A stretch of 64,000 bases of DNA, from NCBI GenBank assembly GCA_041674225.1, contig JBAYWG010000002.1:34841-98840 (forward strand), in the 5' to 3' direction. The position numbers were made by a program, and so were the translations under genes. Positions 1 to 10,469 of the stretch are shown here, one piece after another; position 1 is the first letter of the stretch; each line of letters begins with the position of its first letter. A model generated the notes under the pieces. The model was not told the DNA's origin and did no database searches. It worked only from the letters and a program-made list of their open reading frames with translations. The DNA comes from Minisyncoccota bacterium. Lineage in GTDB: Bacteria; Patescibacteriota; Minisyncoccia; Phycocordibacterales; JAACPR01.

Positions 1-7
1 AATAATC

Positions 8-478
8 TTGGTGATACTCGGTTTTACTTTTAAATTTATCAACGACGCTGAGGTTGTAAAGCAGAACCAAATTGAAGATGAAATAAAAAACGACGACGAT
101 ACTTTTGATCCAAACAAAGAACCTGTAATTGCACCGACGTATAAAAATGCTTCAGCTGATTTAATTCAAGTTGAGCTTCCTTATCCAGGAGCTGTGACAG
201 GAAAGGAATTCACAATTATTGGAAAGGCGAGAGGCTACTGGTTTTTTGAAGCTTCATTTCCTGTGGAGCTTCAAACTCTAGAGGGAAATATCCTTGGTGG
301 TGGAGTTGCAACAGCACAAGGTGAATGGATGACAGAAGACTTTGTGAATTTCACTGCAGAGATGCAAACGCCCTCAGCTTTTACAGGCCCAGCGATTTTG
401 ATTTTGAGAAAAGATAATCCTTCTGGATTACCTGAAAACGACGCCTCAATTTCATTTCCAATTAATGTTCAATTTTAA
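8..478 (+). CDS. Gmad2 immunoglobulin-like domain protein (probably 5'-truncated by the window edge)
   Basis: G.ARG.WFFEASFPV...GEWMT...L.KDNPSG pattern typical of the Gmad2 domain; frame is open to the window start. Confidence 0.75.
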   Translation: MVILGFTFKFINDAEVVKQNQIEDEIKNDDDTFDPNKEPVIAPTYKNASADLIQVELPYPGAVTGKEFTIIGKARGYWFFEASFPVELQTLEGNILGGGVATAQGEWMTEDFVNFTAEMQTPSAFTGPAILILRKDNPSGLPENDASISFPINVQF

Positions 479-479
479 T

Positions 480-1175
480 ATGAAAAATATAATTACAATT
501 TTGCTAGTAGTCGGAATTCTTGTTTTGAGTGGATATATTTTGAACATAGGAAAAACTCCTCAAAATATTCAGGGAGAAAATATAGTTAAAGTGGATGACA
601 AAATAAAAACAGACGAAAATATTCCTGAAGAAAAACCTCCAATTAAAAATAACGGTTTAAAGATTGGTGAGACTTATGATTATGGAACGGTTTCTATCAA
701 ACCACTTTTAATTGAAGAAGATAGTCGATGTCCTATAGATGTGACTTGTATTCAAGCTGGAACTGTTAAATTAAAAATTGAAGTAATTTCGAAGGTTGGT
801 AATAGCAATAACAATATTCACGTTGTGACTTTGGGTGTGGCTAAGGTAATTCATGGAGTAAATGTTGTTCTTTCATCTGTGAATCCTGTTGCTAATTCAA
901 AAATAAATCTTTCACCTGGTGATTACGGATTTACTTTTGATGTTACAAAGAAAACTGATCCAGTAACTCCACCGGAACCAGTTGCAAAATGTTATGTAGG
1001 AGGATGTTCTAGTGAGGTGTGTAGTGATAGGGATGATGTTGCAACTAATTGTATGTATCGCGAAGAGTTCGCTTGTTATCAAACTGCTAAATGTGAGAGA
1101 CAATCAACAGGAAAATGTGGTTGGACAGAAACAAATGAGTTGAAGGTATGTTTGCAGAATTCTCGGCCAGAATAA
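480..1175 (+). CDS. Secreted/membrane-anchored protein with C-terminal cysteine-cluster domain
   Basis: N-terminal hydrophobic helix; DSRCP.DVTCIQAG motif; C-terminal CYVGGCSSEVC...CMY...ACY...C...CGW. Confidence 0.65.
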   Translation: MKNIITILLVVGILVLSGYILNIGKTPQNIQGENIVKVDDKIKTDENIPEEKPPIKNNGLKIGETYDYGTVSIKPLLIEEDSRCPIDVTCIQAGTVKLKIEVISKVGNSNNNIHVVTLGVAKVIHGVNVVLSSVNPVANSKINLSPGDYGFTFDVTKKTDPVTPPEPVAKCYVGGCSSEVCSDRDDVATNCMYREEFACYQTAKCERQSTGKCGWTETNELKVCLQNSRPE

Positions 1176-1183
1176 ATGCTTGT

Positions 1184-2350
1184 TTATTGTTCAGTTATTT
1201 TTTTAAAATAATCCGCCACAGTAATATCATTGTCTTGAAATAATTTAAGTAATTTATTTGCAAGTTCTTTTCTCGTAGAATCATATTTTTTCCAATCCCA
1301 ATTTTTTAATGTATTTATAATATCTTCTTTACTGACTCCGTTCATACAATTTCTTGAATCAATGTGTGGTATGTGCATGATTTGGCAAAGTTCAAGAGTT
1401 CTTAGATCTATACAGATACAAAGTGAGGGTATCCCTGCTTGAATCCCAGTCATTGTTCCATGAATTCTAGTCCCGACAACAACATCAAAATGTTTTAATG
1501 TGTCTATCCATTCTGGAACACTAGAAAATATATAGCTTTTAAACTTGAACCATTTAATGAAATCCTCATCTGTGAGCTCTGGACTTATAAATTTTTTTGC
1601 ACTCAAAAAATCTTCTTTAGAAACATTATTTAAATCTTGTCTCGACAATCTGATCATTATTTCTGGATTTTGACATATGTATAATCCGTCTGATGCATTG
1701 ATTAAATTTATTAAGGATTTTTCAATTAAATTAAATTGTGGTCGTACAGGATTACCTGCAGATACTGCAAATCTAGGATTTTCTGGAATTTCCTTTTTTG
1801 AAATTTCTTCTCCAAGATTTACGGATGGATTTATAAAATTAGAAGGACAACCAGTCACTACACAGTGATTTTGTTTGTTTACTTTAGTTAATAAATCATA
1901 AGTAGAATTTCCTCTTAATGAAATGTTTGGAACACCCTCTTTAGAGTGTTCAGTAATTTGATTAAACCACTGCCATGTTCCATCTGAAATGTCGCTAGGT
2001 GTAATTGATTTTTTTAAAAGATTATAAGGATATTGAATTCCAAGACCAACTCCAACAACTGGTAAATTTATTTCACTTAAAAACTCAGCAGCTTTAAGCA
2101 AATCAGTATGTGGACCTAGTTGGTTTGCTAAAGTCATTACAAGTATGTCTACTTCAGAAAATTTATCTTTTGATCTTTCATTCCAACTTATTGCAATAGG
2201 ACTTATATCTAAAATTTGTGATAAAGCGTAAGAATATACAAAGTTACCGTTATTTGCACCATATTTTTTAATAAAATCTTCGGTTGATAAAAATGGTGCA
2301 TCTGGAATATATGAAGATAAACCAAATAGCCGAACTCTTTTTATAGCCAT
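1184..2350 (-). CDS. Polysaccharide pyruvyl transferase family protein
   Basis: N.GN motif, SLRG, TGCPS and GTRIHG motifs. Confidence 0.75.
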   Translation of the reverse strand: MAIKRVRLFGLSSYIPDAPFLSTEDFIKKYGANNGNFVYSYALSQILDISPIAISWNERSKDKFSEVDILVMTLANQLGPHTDLLKAAEFLSEINLPVVGVGLGIQYPYNLLKKSITPSDISDGTWQWFNQITEHSKEGVPNISLRGNSTYDLLTKVNKQNHCVVTGCPSNFINPSVNLGEEISKKEIPENPRFAVSAGNPVRPQFNLIEKSLINLINASDGLYICQNPEIMIRLSRQDLNNVSKEDFLSAKKFISPELTDEDFIKWFKFKSYIFSSVPEWIDTLKHFDVVVGTRIHGTMTGIQAGIPSLCICIDLRTLELCQIMHIPHIDSRNCMNGVSKEDIINTLKNWDWKKYDSTRKELANKLLKLFQDNDITVADYFKKITEQ

Positions 2351-2416
2351 AATTTAATGATTGTATCATGACTTTTAAAATTTTGACTTCCTTGATTAAT
2401 GAGGTAAATTTAAAAC

Positions 2417-2737
2417 ATGAAAAAAATAATTGCAATTATAGTTTTATTAATTATTGGAGCTGGGTTTTATTACTGGGTTGAGATGAATCAAATTTCAGAA
2501 AATGAAATTTATGAGATGCCTTACGAACAAGAACAAAAACAAGACAATGTCGTGCCATCACAATCAGTTGGAAAAATAAATATTGATGAAGTGTGTGCAA
2601 ACGCTCTTATCAGAATGACATTTACAGATGGTGAAAGCGCAGCAAAATTTGTTCAAGAATGTAGAGAAGGAAAACACCCTGAAGTGATTGAACAATTTAA
2701 AGCAGAAATGAATTTGGGAGCCGGAGCAGAGATTTAA
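2417..2737 (+). CDS. Membrane-anchored hypothetical protein
   Basis: 106-aa ORF, N-terminal TM helix, Cys pair; -10-like TAAATT 6 nt before ATG. Confidence 0.7.
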   Translation: MKKIIAIIVLLIIGAGFYYWVEMNQISENEIYEMPYEQEQKQDNVVPSQSVGKINIDEVCANALIRMTFTDGESAAKFVQECREGKHPEVIEQFKAEMNLGAGAEI

Positions 2738-2810
2738 TTTAAAAAATAAAAAACGCCAAGAAGATTTTGCCTTCGAAGCGTTGATGTGATGAGTGACAGA
2801 TGTCAGTTCA

Positions 2811-3176
2811 TCAATTGGTAGACACGGGAATTCCGTTTCCGATGAGTACCATTTTTCCGATGTGTGCATGTTTCCAGTTGAATAACATGTGGATGTGCAC
2901 AAATATTGCGATAAGTGGAAGTAATAGTACAACAGCTGGTACATTGAAAAGACCGATGTCTTCTCTGTGCCATTCCAACATTCGCTGCCAAACTTCCCAT
3001 TTTCCCCATGCAATCCAGACGAATGCTGTGAATAGTATAAGTAGCGATAGTATGTTTGAGAGGATAAAAAATTTAACTGACTTTGCACATCGGATGGTCT
3101 CCTTTGTGTAGTTATCACTGAAGGACCCAATCCTTATAGTTCTTGATGCGAGTTTGTATAGTTGGTACGGATTCAT
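2811..3176 (-). CDS. Small orphan membrane protein
   Basis: Two hydrophobic segments; ATG at 3176 avoids overlap with gltX; TTGACT -35-like box upstream near 3261. Confidence 0.5.
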   Translation of the reverse strand: MNPYQLYKLASRTIRIGSFSDNYTKETIRCAKSVKFFILSNILSLLILFTAFVWIAWGKWEVWQRMLEWHREDIGLFNVPAVVLLLPLIAIFVHIHMLFNWKHAHIGKMVLIGNGIPVSTN

Positions 3177-3311
3177 TTTTAAGTTTGGTGAACATTTGTT
3201 GTCATGGCTAGTCTTAAGCGCAGACAAATTCCTAACCATATAACAACGTTGTACACAAAAAGTCAAACCAGCTTTTAAATAAGCCTTTATTGTGGTATTG
3301 TTTTTTAACTT

Positions 3312-4634
3312 ATGGATAAAGTAATTACACGTTTTCCACCATCTCCAACAGGGGAAATTCACATCGGCAACATGCGGACAATGTTGTTTAACTATCTTTT
3401 TGCAAGACATTTCAATGGTGAGATTGTTTTGAGATTCGAAGACACTGATAAAGAGAGAAGTAAAAAAGAATTCGAGCCATTTATCCTTGATGGATTAAAA
3501 GCTGTTGGTTTAAGTTTTGATCACGGACCTTTTCGACAATCTGAGAGAAATGATATTCATAAAGAAAAATTATTAGAATTGATAAAAAAGGGACTTGCTT
3601 ACGAGGCGGAGGATTCTTCGACTGGTTCTGGAAAAGTTGTTAGATTTAGAAATCCAAATAAAACTATAATTTTTGATGATCAAGTTAGAGGTCCTATTTC
3701 TTTTGACTCATCTATTTTTGAAGATTTTATTATCGCGAGAAATATTGATAATCCAATTTATCATTTCGCTGTGGTAGTGGACGACATGGAAATGGGTGTG
3801 ACTCATGTGATCCGAGGAGAAGAACACCTTACAAGCACACCGCGACAAATTCTTTTGCTAGAAGCGCTTGGTGCAAAAGTTCCTTTGTATGCGCATCTTC
3901 CTTTGATTGTGGGTGATGATAAAAAGAAATTATCAAAAAGGCACGGCGCCACTTCTGTGAGCGGATTTCTTTCACAGGGTTATTTACCAGAAGCACTTGT
4001 GAATTATTTAGCATTTCTTGGTTGGAATCCGGGTGGAGAAAGAGAAATATATTCTCTCGAGGAATTGGTTGATATTTTTGATTTGAGCAGAGTGGGTAAA
4101 AACCCTGCGAAGTTTGATTACAATAAATTGAATGATATCAATTATCACTACATGATTAATTTGTCTGACGAGGACTATCGTGAAAAACTATTGAAGTTCT
4201 TAAACGAAGAATACACAAAACTTTTTGAAGAAAATGTAGAAGCGTCAAATTTGATTATAAAAGAAGTTATAAAAACACGAATCAAAAAATTTGCAGATAT
4301 TAAAACTATGATTTCAGAAGGTGAACTTGATTATTTTTTCAAAAAACCAGATATGAATTTGGAAATAATTTGTTTCAAAGATAATTCTCTTGAAAAGACA
4401 AAAGAAACATTAAAAATTACAAGAGATGTTTTGGAAAAAATTCCGGAAGATAAATGGAGTATTGATTTTATTAAAGAAAATCTAAATACACTCTTTGCAG
4501 AAAACGGTGTTGGAGCTATCTTGCATCCATTGCGTGTAGCTTTGTCTGGGAAAAAACAATCACCGGATCCTTTTACACTCAGTTATCTTTTGGGTAAAAA
4601 AGAAGTTTTGGAGAGATTGGATGCTACTATATAA
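3312..4634 (+). CDS. gltX: Glutamate--tRNA ligase
   Basis: RFPPSPTG..HIGN (HIGH motif), LRFEDTD, VIRGEEH, KLSKR (KMSKS motif). Confidence 0.97.
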   Translation: MDKVITRFPPSPTGEIHIGNMRTMLFNYLFARHFNGEIVLRFEDTDKERSKKEFEPFILDGLKAVGLSFDHGPFRQSERNDIHKEKLLELIKKGLAYEAEDSSTGSGKVVRFRNPNKTIIFDDQVRGPISFDSSIFEDFIIARNIDNPIYHFAVVVDDMEMGVTHVIRGEEHLTSTPRQILLLEALGAKVPLYAHLPLIVGDDKKKLSKRHGATSVSGFLSQGYLPEALVNYLAFLGWNPGGEREIYSLEELVDIFDLSRVGKNPAKFDYNKLNDINYHYMINLSDEDYREKLLKFLNEEYTKLFEENVEASNLIIKEVIKTRIKKFADIKTMISEGELDYFFKKPDMNLEIICFKDNSLEKTKETLKITRDVLEKIPEDKWSIDFIKENLNTLFAENGVGAILHPLRVALSGKKQSPDPFTLSYLLGKKEVLERLDATI

Positions 4635-4638
4635 ATAA

Positions 4639-6228
4639 ATGATAAAAATTACAAAACTCTCAAAGTATTTCGGTGAAAAGACGGTCTTGAATAAGATTTC
4701 TTTTAATATTGAAAAAGGGAACAAGATTGCTTTAACTGGATTCAATGGTTCCGGAAAAACTACTTTATTAAAAATTTTGGTTGGAGATGAGACTTACTCA
4801 AACGGTTTATTTGAGTTACAAAAAAATGTAAAAAGGGGATTTGTTCCTCAAGATCCGAGTGGTCACGGTAAATTAAAAGTGGTTGATTTTCTTTTAACTG
4901 CGAAAAAAGAATCTGAAGATAAAAAAGATTTTTTAAGAAGAGTGGATATTATGTTTGCTGGATTTATGCTTTCAGAAAATCTTAAGGATAAAAAAATCGG
5001 TGAATTAAGTAGTGGGCAGAAAACAAAAATATTTTTAACAAATTTTCTTTTACAAGATGTTGATTTACTTTTGCTAGATGAGCCCACAAATAATCTGGAT
5101 CTCCCTGCGCTTATTTGGTTAGAGTATTACCTTCAAAATTTCAAAGGTGCTTTCATTGTTGTATCCCATGACAAAACATTTTTAGATAATGTGACTAATA
5201 AAGTTTTTGAAATAGATTGGCACGATCATTCTTTGAGAATTTCAAATGCAAAGTACTCGAATTATTTGATGGAACGACAAATTGAGTTTAATAGTCTGAA
5301 TCAAAAGTATTCACAACAAAGAGAAGAGGTTTCTCGTCTTAAGGGTGTTGTGGCTGCTAAACAAGAGAAAGGGCTCCTAGGGGCAAAATGGAAGAGTGGA
5401 GACAACGATAAAATGCTTCAAGGCTTTAAAAGAAATCGTGCGGGGTATTCTTTAAATGATGCAAAAGTGACTATGAACCGAATCAAGAGAATGGACTTTG
5501 TTGAAAAACCAAAAGAAAGAAATGAGCTTTCTTTAAAAATTGAATCACAAATTAATTCACCCGCTTTGAACATCGCTTTGAAAGATGTTATTTCTGGATA
5601 TAAGGGAGATTTTATTTTAGGTCCGATAAATCTAGATGTTCGTTATGGAAAAAGAATTTGTATCGTTGGACCAAACGGAGTTGGAAAAACTACAATTTTG
5701 AAAACAATTACAGGGATGCTAAAAAATATTAGTGGAATTGTGAGTGTAGATAGCGGAGTTCATTTTGGGAATTTTATGCAAGAACACGAAAATCTTCCAC
5801 AAGATAAAACTCTACTGGCTTTTTTGAAAGATCATTTAGGAGTTGAAAAAGAATTAGTTCACAATCATTTAACTAAATTTGGTTTCAGTGATGAAGACAT
5901 AAAATCTAAAATTGGAAATTTGAGTCCTGGAGAAAGAGCTCGACTTCTTTTTGCATATTTTACAGCGACAAATGTGAACACATTGATCTTAGATGAACCA
6001 ACAAATCATTTAGACATTGAAGCCGAATTGGCTCTGGAAGAATCTTTGAAAGATTTTATGGGAACAATTATCGCCGTGTCTCATGATAGAAGTTTTGTCA
6101 AAAATGTTCATTTCGATGAATACTATGTTTTGTCTGATAGAGGTTTAGAAAAATTGATTGATTTTAATGATTATATTGTGGAGATGGAGAAGCGTTCGAA
6201 GAAACTTATCAGAATGTTAGAAAAATAA
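4639..6228 (+). CDS. ABC-F family ATPase
   Basis: Two ABC domains (GFNGSGKTT/LSSGQ/LLLDEPTN; GPNGVGKTT/LSPGE/LILDEPTN), no TM segments. Confidence 0.92.
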   Translation: MIKITKLSKYFGEKTVLNKISFNIEKGNKIALTGFNGSGKTTLLKILVGDETYSNGLFELQKNVKRGFVPQDPSGHGKLKVVDFLLTAKKESEDKKDFLRRVDIMFAGFMLSENLKDKKIGELSSGQKTKIFLTNFLLQDVDLLLLDEPTNNLDLPALIWLEYYLQNFKGAFIVVSHDKTFLDNVTNKVFEIDWHDHSLRISNAKYSNYLMERQIEFNSLNQKYSQQREEVSRLKGVVAAKQEKGLLGAKWKSGDNDKMLQGFKRNRAGYSLNDAKVTMNRIKRMDFVEKPKERNELSLKIESQINSPALNIALKDVISGYKGDFILGPINLDVRYGKRICIVGPNGVGKTTILKTITGMLKNISGIVSVDSGVHFGNFMQEHENLPQDKTLLAFLKDHLGVEKELVHNHLTKFGFSDEDIKSKIGNLSPGERARLLFAYFTATNVNTLILDEPTNHLDIEAELALEESLKDFMGTIIAVSHDRSFVKNVHFDEYYVLSDRGLEKLIDFNDYIVEMEKRSKKLIRMLEK

Positions 6229-6416
6229 AGAAACAATGAAGACTTTAGTTGGGTACTAGTATTTATTTATAAAAGCTTTAATATCAGTATGAGAAGATGT
6301 TGGGCAAATGAGCACATTACAAAAAAGGTCTAAATATCGGAATTTATGGTGGAGTTTGGGCACAAACTACAGTCGATTTTTTTAAAACGATTGGACTTTT
6401 TGCCGATGGGGTTTCT

Positions 6417-6821
6417 TTGTTTGAATATACTCACAGAGAAGCTTTGTCTTTCGATCAGTACGATATGTTTATCATTACTGATTTTGGTAAACCTGCGGAA
6501 GCGGGTTGGAATGACAACAATGGCTATTGGCTACAGAGACTAAATGAAATGCGTGAAATTATTTGGAGTCGTTCGATGAAGAGTGTAATTTTTGCAAATC
6601 ATAATGATGCAGATGTATACAAATCTCTTAGGAGTGCGTGTACAGATGTGGTAGAAGTTGAAACTTTTTTAAAGAAAAACAATAGATTTCCAGAAGCATC
6701 AATTATTCCACAGTCCTTTGCACTTGCGGTTTTAACACATTGTTATGTGAAGAAAAAACAAGAAATCATCAGTCAGCCTTTGGTTTTTCACGAGGAATTC
6801 CTGGAGGCATCAGTGGCCTAA
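6417..6821 (+). CDS. Hypothetical protein (true start uncertain)
   Basis: 134-aa ORF followed by a terminator; frame is open ~35 codons further upstream. Confidence 0.5.
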   Translation: MFEYTHREALSFDQYDMFIITDFGKPAEAGWNDNNGYWLQRLNEMREIIWSRSMKSVIFANHNDADVYKSLRSACTDVVEVETFLKKNNRFPEASIIPQSFALAVLTHCYVKKKQEIISQPLVFHEEFLEASVA

Positions 6822-6844
6822 AAACCTAAAATTAACCTTAACAT

Positions 6845-6865
6845 AGCGCTTCGGCGCTTTTTCTT
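6845..6865 (+). terminator. Intrinsic terminator
   Basis: AGCGC-TTCG-GCGCT hairpin followed by a T run. Confidence 0.7.
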
Positions 6866-6895
6866 TGATACTTATTTTTATGTTAAAATTGGTAA

Positions 6896-7657
6896 ATGGA
6901 TTTAAAAAACTTGCCGCAAAAGAAGAAAAGAGACAGTAGATGGAATTATGGAGGCTCAAATTGGAAGCTTTCAAGATCGAAAATTGATTTGTTTGTAGAG
7001 TGTCCTAGATGTTTTTATTTAGATAATAAAATGGGAATCGCGCGACCAAAATTTCCTTCGTTTCTTTTAAACACCGCGGTAGATACACTTTTTAAAAAAG
7101 AATTTGATATTCATCGCGCAAATGGCACTCCTCATCCTTTGATGACGACTTATGGAGTTGATGCTGTGCCTTTTGAACATCCTAAAATGGACACTTGGCG
7201 AGAAAACTTTGAAGGAATTCAATTTCCTCACACAGACACAGGAATGATAATTTCTGGAGCAATAGATGATATTTGGGTGAAGCCAGATAATTCTCTAATT
7301 GTCGTAGATTATAAATCTACGAGCAAGGACGAAGAAATAACATTGGATGATAAATGGAAAGAGGGATACAAAAGACAAATGGAAGTGTATCAGTGGCTTT
7401 TGAGAAAATTAAATTTTAATGTTTCTGAGTTGGGATATTTTGTTTATGCAAATGGAAAAACAGATGCAAAAAGTTTTGATGGAAAATTAGAATTCGATGT
7501 GACCCTAATTCCATATGAAGGAGATACTGCGTGGGTGGAAGATACAATTTTTAGAATTAAAGAGACTTTAGATAAAGATGAAGTGCCAATACCTAGTGCG
7601 GAGTGTGAACAATGCCAGTATGTTTATGGCCGAGTTTCTGCTGAGGAGTCTAAATAA
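6896..7657 (+). CDS. PD-(D/E)XK nuclease family protein (RecB/AddB/Cas4-like fold)
   Basis: LSRS..D.F..CPRCFY, GAIDDI...VVDYKS, Q.EVY, C-terminal CEQCQY. Confidence 0.85.
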   Translation: MDLKNLPQKKKRDSRWNYGGSNWKLSRSKIDLFVECPRCFYLDNKMGIARPKFPSFLLNTAVDTLFKKEFDIHRANGTPHPLMTTYGVDAVPFEHPKMDTWRENFEGIQFPHTDTGMIISGAIDDIWVKPDNSLIVVDYKSTSKDEEITLDDKWKEGYKRQMEVYQWLLRKLNFNVSELGYFVYANGKTDAKSFDGKLEFDVTLIPYEGDTAWVEDTIFRIKETLDKDEVPIPSAECEQCQYVYGRVSAEESK

Positions 7658-7662
7658 AAATT

Positions 7663-8448
7663 ATGAGTTTCTCTAATAATGATTTAAATAAAAGTCGAGG
7701 ATTGGATACTAATGTACTGAAAGTTTTAGATTATCGTAAAACTATTAGAGACAATAAGGCTAAGACTTTAAAAAGAAAACAAGTCGAGCAAGAAATACTT
7801 GTTTTACGTACAAGATTGAATGTTATCGATAGAGAAATTCAAAGACTTAATGTCTCAGAGAGAAGATTTCATGGGGATGAATCACGTGCAGAATTAGAAT
7901 TAGCAGAAGAGACCAAAACTTTAGAAAATCTAACAAAAGAATTGGAAAAACATTCTTTGAATGTACAAGAACTTCAAAAAACATTGAGTTCGAAAAAGAT
8001 GTATTTTGGGAGGTCGAAACCTAAAATTAGTTTTAGTACTCAGAACGCTGAAAAAGAAATGCAGAGCTTGCGATCTGAGTTGAAAAGAGTTAATCAAGAA
8101 ATTGAACAATTAAATGCAAAGAAAAGAAGATTAATAACAGAGATGGGTTTGGTTGAAACAAAGTCTCATGAAGCAGAGGAATTGCAACAAAAAACTGATT
8201 ATCAAAATAAAGAAGAGGAAATTGCAATGCAAAAACTGACTCAAGAGATGAACTCAGAGGAGACTTTGATAAGCCGTTTTAAATCAAGATTTTTAAATCA
8301 ACAAAAAAGCGTCTTAGAAAAGAAAAGGCAATTTGAAGAAGTAAAAAATAGACTGAAAGGTTCTCGAACAGTTTCACCTGCTTTGGAAAATGAAAAACAT
8401 CGAATAGAACAAAAAATACAATCTTTAGAAGTAGATTTAAATAAGTAA
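7663..8448 (+). CDS. Long coiled-coil hypothetical protein
   Basis: E/K/Q/L-rich heptad pattern over 261 aa. Confidence 0.7.
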   Translation: MSFSNNDLNKSRGLDTNVLKVLDYRKTIRDNKAKTLKRKQVEQEILVLRTRLNVIDREIQRLNVSERRFHGDESRAELELAEETKTLENLTKELEKHSLNVQELQKTLSSKKMYFGRSKPKISFSTQNAEKEMQSLRSELKRVNQEIEQLNAKKRRLITEMGLVETKSHEAEELQQKTDYQNKEEEIAMQKLTQEMNSEETLISRFKSRFLNQQKSVLEKKRQFEEVKNRLKGSRTVSPALENEKHRIEQKIQSLEVDLNK

Positions 8449-8449
8449 T

Positions 8450-9820
8450 ATGTCAGAAAATGTGCCATTTAAAATTGTGATTTTTGGAGGAACCGGGGAT
8501 TTGGTTCGGAAGAAAATTATTCCTGCGATATTTGATTTATATCAAAATGGATTTTTACCTGAAAATTTTGAAATTATAGGTGTATCGAGAAAGAATCTTT
8601 CAGATGAGGAGTTCGGGGATTTTGTAAAAGATTCTGTTTCTAATAAAAAGTTTGATGATAAACATTTGCAGGATTTTTTGAAAAAGAGTAGATATTTTTC
8701 TGCAGATATTTCAAATGAAGAAACTTTAAAAGAGTTAGGGAATTTTTTGAAAACAAATAAAAGTAATAATATATTTTATTTAGCGATTTCTCCAAATTTA
8801 TATGAAGTGGCTTTTAATAATCTGAGTCAGTCTGGGTTGATGCAACAATCAGAAGATAATTGGTCTAGAATTTTGGTAGAGAAGCCTTTTGGAAATGATT
8901 ACAATCACGCAGAAAAGTTGGACAAAATGCTTGGAGAGTTATTTTCTGAAAATCAGATTTTTAGAATAGATCATTATTTGGCGAAAGAGACTTTGCAGAA
9001 TATTTTAACTTTTAGATTTGCGAATTCAATTTTTGAACCGATTTGGAATTCCAGTGCGATTGAGGAAATTAATATAAAAATGTTTGAAAGTCTAGACGTA
9101 GATAATCGAGCAAGTTTTTATGATGGTGTTGGAGCTTTGAGAGATGTCGGACAAAATCATATTTTACAGATGTTGGCTTTGATAGCGATGGAAGATCCGG
9201 GTTCTTTGAAGGTGGAGGATATAAGGTTGAAGCGCGCGGCGATACTGGAAGAGATTAGTCTCGCCGAGCCGGTGCCGCCGCGCGCCCAATACACTGGATA
9301 CAGTGAAATTACCGGAATCAACCCTGAAACTAAAACAGAAACTTTTTTCTCAATACAAGCAGAAATAAATAATCCTCGTTGGAAAGGTGCAAAATTTAAT
9401 TTAACTAGCGGAAAAGCTCTTAAAGAAACTCTGACGGAAATTTCTGTTGTATTTAAAGAAAAATGGACAAGTGTTGTACCAGCTGAAGATGAAAGAAATT
9501 ATCAAAATATTGTTACTTTTAAAATCCAACCAAAACAAGAAATTTCAATTCAATTTTGGTCAAAAAAATCTGGATTTACTTATGAAGTTGATCCGCAAGA
9601 ATTGAGTTTTAATTATGAAACTTCAAATTCCAGAATTCCTGATGCTTACGAAAGAGTGCTTTTTGATTGTATAAAAGGCGATCAAACTTTATTTATATCA
9701 ACACGAGAAATAATGGCTCAGTGGAATTTTGTAGAAAAAATCCTAAAAATCTGGGAAAATGAACCAATTAAAAAATATCCAAAAGGTGTTGACCCGAGTG
9801 AAATATTAAGTACGATTTAA
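8450..9820 (+). CDS. zwf: Glucose-6-phosphate 1-dehydrogenase
   Basis: IFGGTGDL, EKPFG, RIDHYLAKE, RDVGQNH, DAYERVL motifs. Confidence 0.97.
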   Translation: MSENVPFKIVIFGGTGDLVRKKIIPAIFDLYQNGFLPENFEIIGVSRKNLSDEEFGDFVKDSVSNKKFDDKHLQDFLKKSRYFSADISNEETLKELGNFLKTNKSNNIFYLAISPNLYEVAFNNLSQSGLMQQSEDNWSRILVEKPFGNDYNHAEKLDKMLGELFSENQIFRIDHYLAKETLQNILTFRFANSIFEPIWNSSAIEEINIKMFESLDVDNRASFYDGVGALRDVGQNHILQMLALIAMEDPGSLKVEDIRLKRAAILEEISLAEPVPPRAQYTGYSEITGINPETKTETFFSIQAEINNPRWKGAKFNLTSGKALKETLTEISVVFKEKWTSVVPAEDERNYQNIVTFKIQPKQEISIQFWSKKSGFTYEVDPQELSFNYETSNSRIPDAYERVLFDCIKGDQTLFISTREIMAQWNFVEKILKIWENEPIKKYPKGVDPSEILSTI

Positions 9821-9822
9821 TT

Positions 9823-10464
9823 ATGAATTATTCTGATAAAAAAATTATAGACATATCTTTACCACTTTATTCTGCGACAATTGTTTATCCAAACAACGTT
9901 CCACTTGAGATTGAGACTCATGCCCACATGCCAGAATCTACAACTCATTTATCAAAAATCACTATGGGAACACATACTGGGACTCACATAGACGCTCCGA
10001 TGCACGCTGTGCAAGGTGCTAATACTCTAGATCAAATCCCGCTAGAAACTTTTGTTGGATTGTGTCGGGTGGTAGATGTGACACATCGCGGCCCAGGCGA
10101 ATCTGTGAAAAAAGGGGATTTAGGGGATGTGGTAAAAGGTGAAAGAATTTTGATAAAAACTTCTAATTCTGTTCGAGGTTTTAAAGAATTTTATAATGAT
10201 TATGTATATCTAGACGGAGATACTGCGGATTGGTTGGCTGATATTGGTGTAAAATTAGTTGGTATTGATTATCTTTCAATAAAACAAAAAGGTTCAAAAG
10301 ATCAAAGACCCCACACTTCACTTTTAGAAAAAAACATCCCAATTATAGAAGGGATAAATTTAAATCATGTTGGAGCCGGTCTGTATGAATTGATTTGTTT
10401 GCCTTTAAATTTTGTCGGAGTAGAGGGAGGACCAGCCAGAATAATTTTACGAGAATTAAATTAA
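9823..10464 (+). CDS. Cyclase-family (kynurenine formamidase-like) metal-dependent hydrolase
   Basis: HTGTHIDAP.H, GIDYLS, H..LL...IPIIEG. Confidence 0.9.
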   Translation: MNYSDKKIIDISLPLYSATIVYPNNVPLEIETHAHMPESTTHLSKITMGTHTGTHIDAPMHAVQGANTLDQIPLETFVGLCRVVDVTHRGPGESVKKGDLGDVVKGERILIKTSNSVRGFKEFYNDYVYLDGDTADWLADIGVKLVGIDYLSIKQKGSKDQRPHTSLLEKNIPIIEGINLNHVGAGLYELICLPLNFVGVEGGPARIILRELN

Positions 10465-10469
10465 ATAAC

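Noticed and set aside
6309-6311. TGA read-through (genetic code 25)
   Set aside because: Long core genes are uninterrupted under code 11, and several plausible genes end in TGA.
6896-7657. Cas4 indicating a CRISPR system or the array's enzyme
   Set aside because: Solo PD-(D/E)XK nuclease 22 kb from the array, with no cas1/cas2 neighbours.
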